Shown: positions 63,869-64,000 of the stretch, one piece after another
Position numbering within the stretch: the first letter of the stretch is position 1
Layout: each line of letters opens with the position of its first letter
Origin: an uncultured virus (IMG/VR IMGVR_UViG_3300049216_000090)
Taxonomy: Duplodnaviria > Heunggongvirae > Uroviricota > Caudoviricetes
Strand: one strand, 5' to 3'
Length of the DNA: 64,000 nucleotides
IMG/VR virus record: IMGVR_UViG_3300049216_000090
Program-made: the position numbers and the translations under genes
The notes under the pieces: generated by a model
The model's input: the letters and a program-made list of their open reading frames with translations, nothing else
The model's database searches: none
Told to the model about the DNA's origin: nothing

Positions 63869-64000
63869 CTAGTCTTTGATCCCCAGCTTCTTCCGGCCTT
63901 CGTAGAATTCCAACACGCCCCGGTGTTTCAGGTCCAACATCTTCATGTCGAGCCATGCGAAGTAGAAAGCGGAGAGTTGAACGGCCCCGCCGACTAAGAC
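63869..64000 (-). CDS. 3' end of a gene starting beyond the window
   Basis: Open frame ...AFYFAWLDMKMLDLKHRGVLEFYEGRKKLGIKD* ending at TAG 63869. Confidence 0.5.
   Translation of the reverse strand, partial: VLVGGAVQLSAFYFAWLDMKMLDLKHRGVLEFYEGRKKLGIKD

Noticed and set aside
1..64000. Genome-wide stop-codon reassignment
   Set aside because: TAA, TAG and TGA all end well-coupled genes, and coding density is high under the standard code.
1..64000. tRNA or rRNA genes
   Set aside because: No cloverleaf with a T-loop and acceptor stem, and no rRNA-like segment, recognised by eye; tRNAscan-SE would be needed to exclude them.

Overview
The window looks like part of a large (jumbo-type) bacteriophage genome. 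This is inferred from dense, mostly co-oriented small genes, phage-type accessory functions and the absence of bacterial housekeeping genes; no capsid or terminase gene lies in the window. It has four parts. (1) 1-39.8 kb: operons of small hypothetical genes and recognisable accessory genes (NADAR, DarG-like macrodomain, SNF2 helicase, Rieske, CPBP protease, YqeY, 2H phosphoesterase, glycosyl/sulfotransferases, CAP lipoprotein), driven by a uniform TTTACA-N17-TAnnAT promoter family. (2) 39.2-40.9 kb: a largely non-coding hinge where strong C/A skew flips to G/T skew, with iteron-like repeats and a promoter/terminator-bounded small RNA candidate. (3) 40.7-59.4 kb: a highly modular array. 23 copies of a 38-bp palindromic element (motif A, GTGAAC-TAGACCGGG-N4-CCCGGTCTA-CCWTGCGAG) and 15 full or half copies of a second element (motif B, [GGGTACAAA-N13-14-]TTYAGRCRWTTGTACCCT) each sit in front of one or two small genes or a structured non-coding RNA. 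Motif B almost always follows a terminator or hairpin, and motif A usually follows directly on a stop codon. Cargo includes a stand-alone RuvB, an ArdA-like acidic protein, a permuted GHKL-ATPase/zincin protein and a PD-(D/E)XK nuclease. (4) 59.6-64 kb: a minus-strand cluster of four paralogous FMHE-motif proteins, a glycosyltransferase-like gene and an HEXXH peptidase. All protein family calls come from motif recognition by eye and need HMM confirmation.
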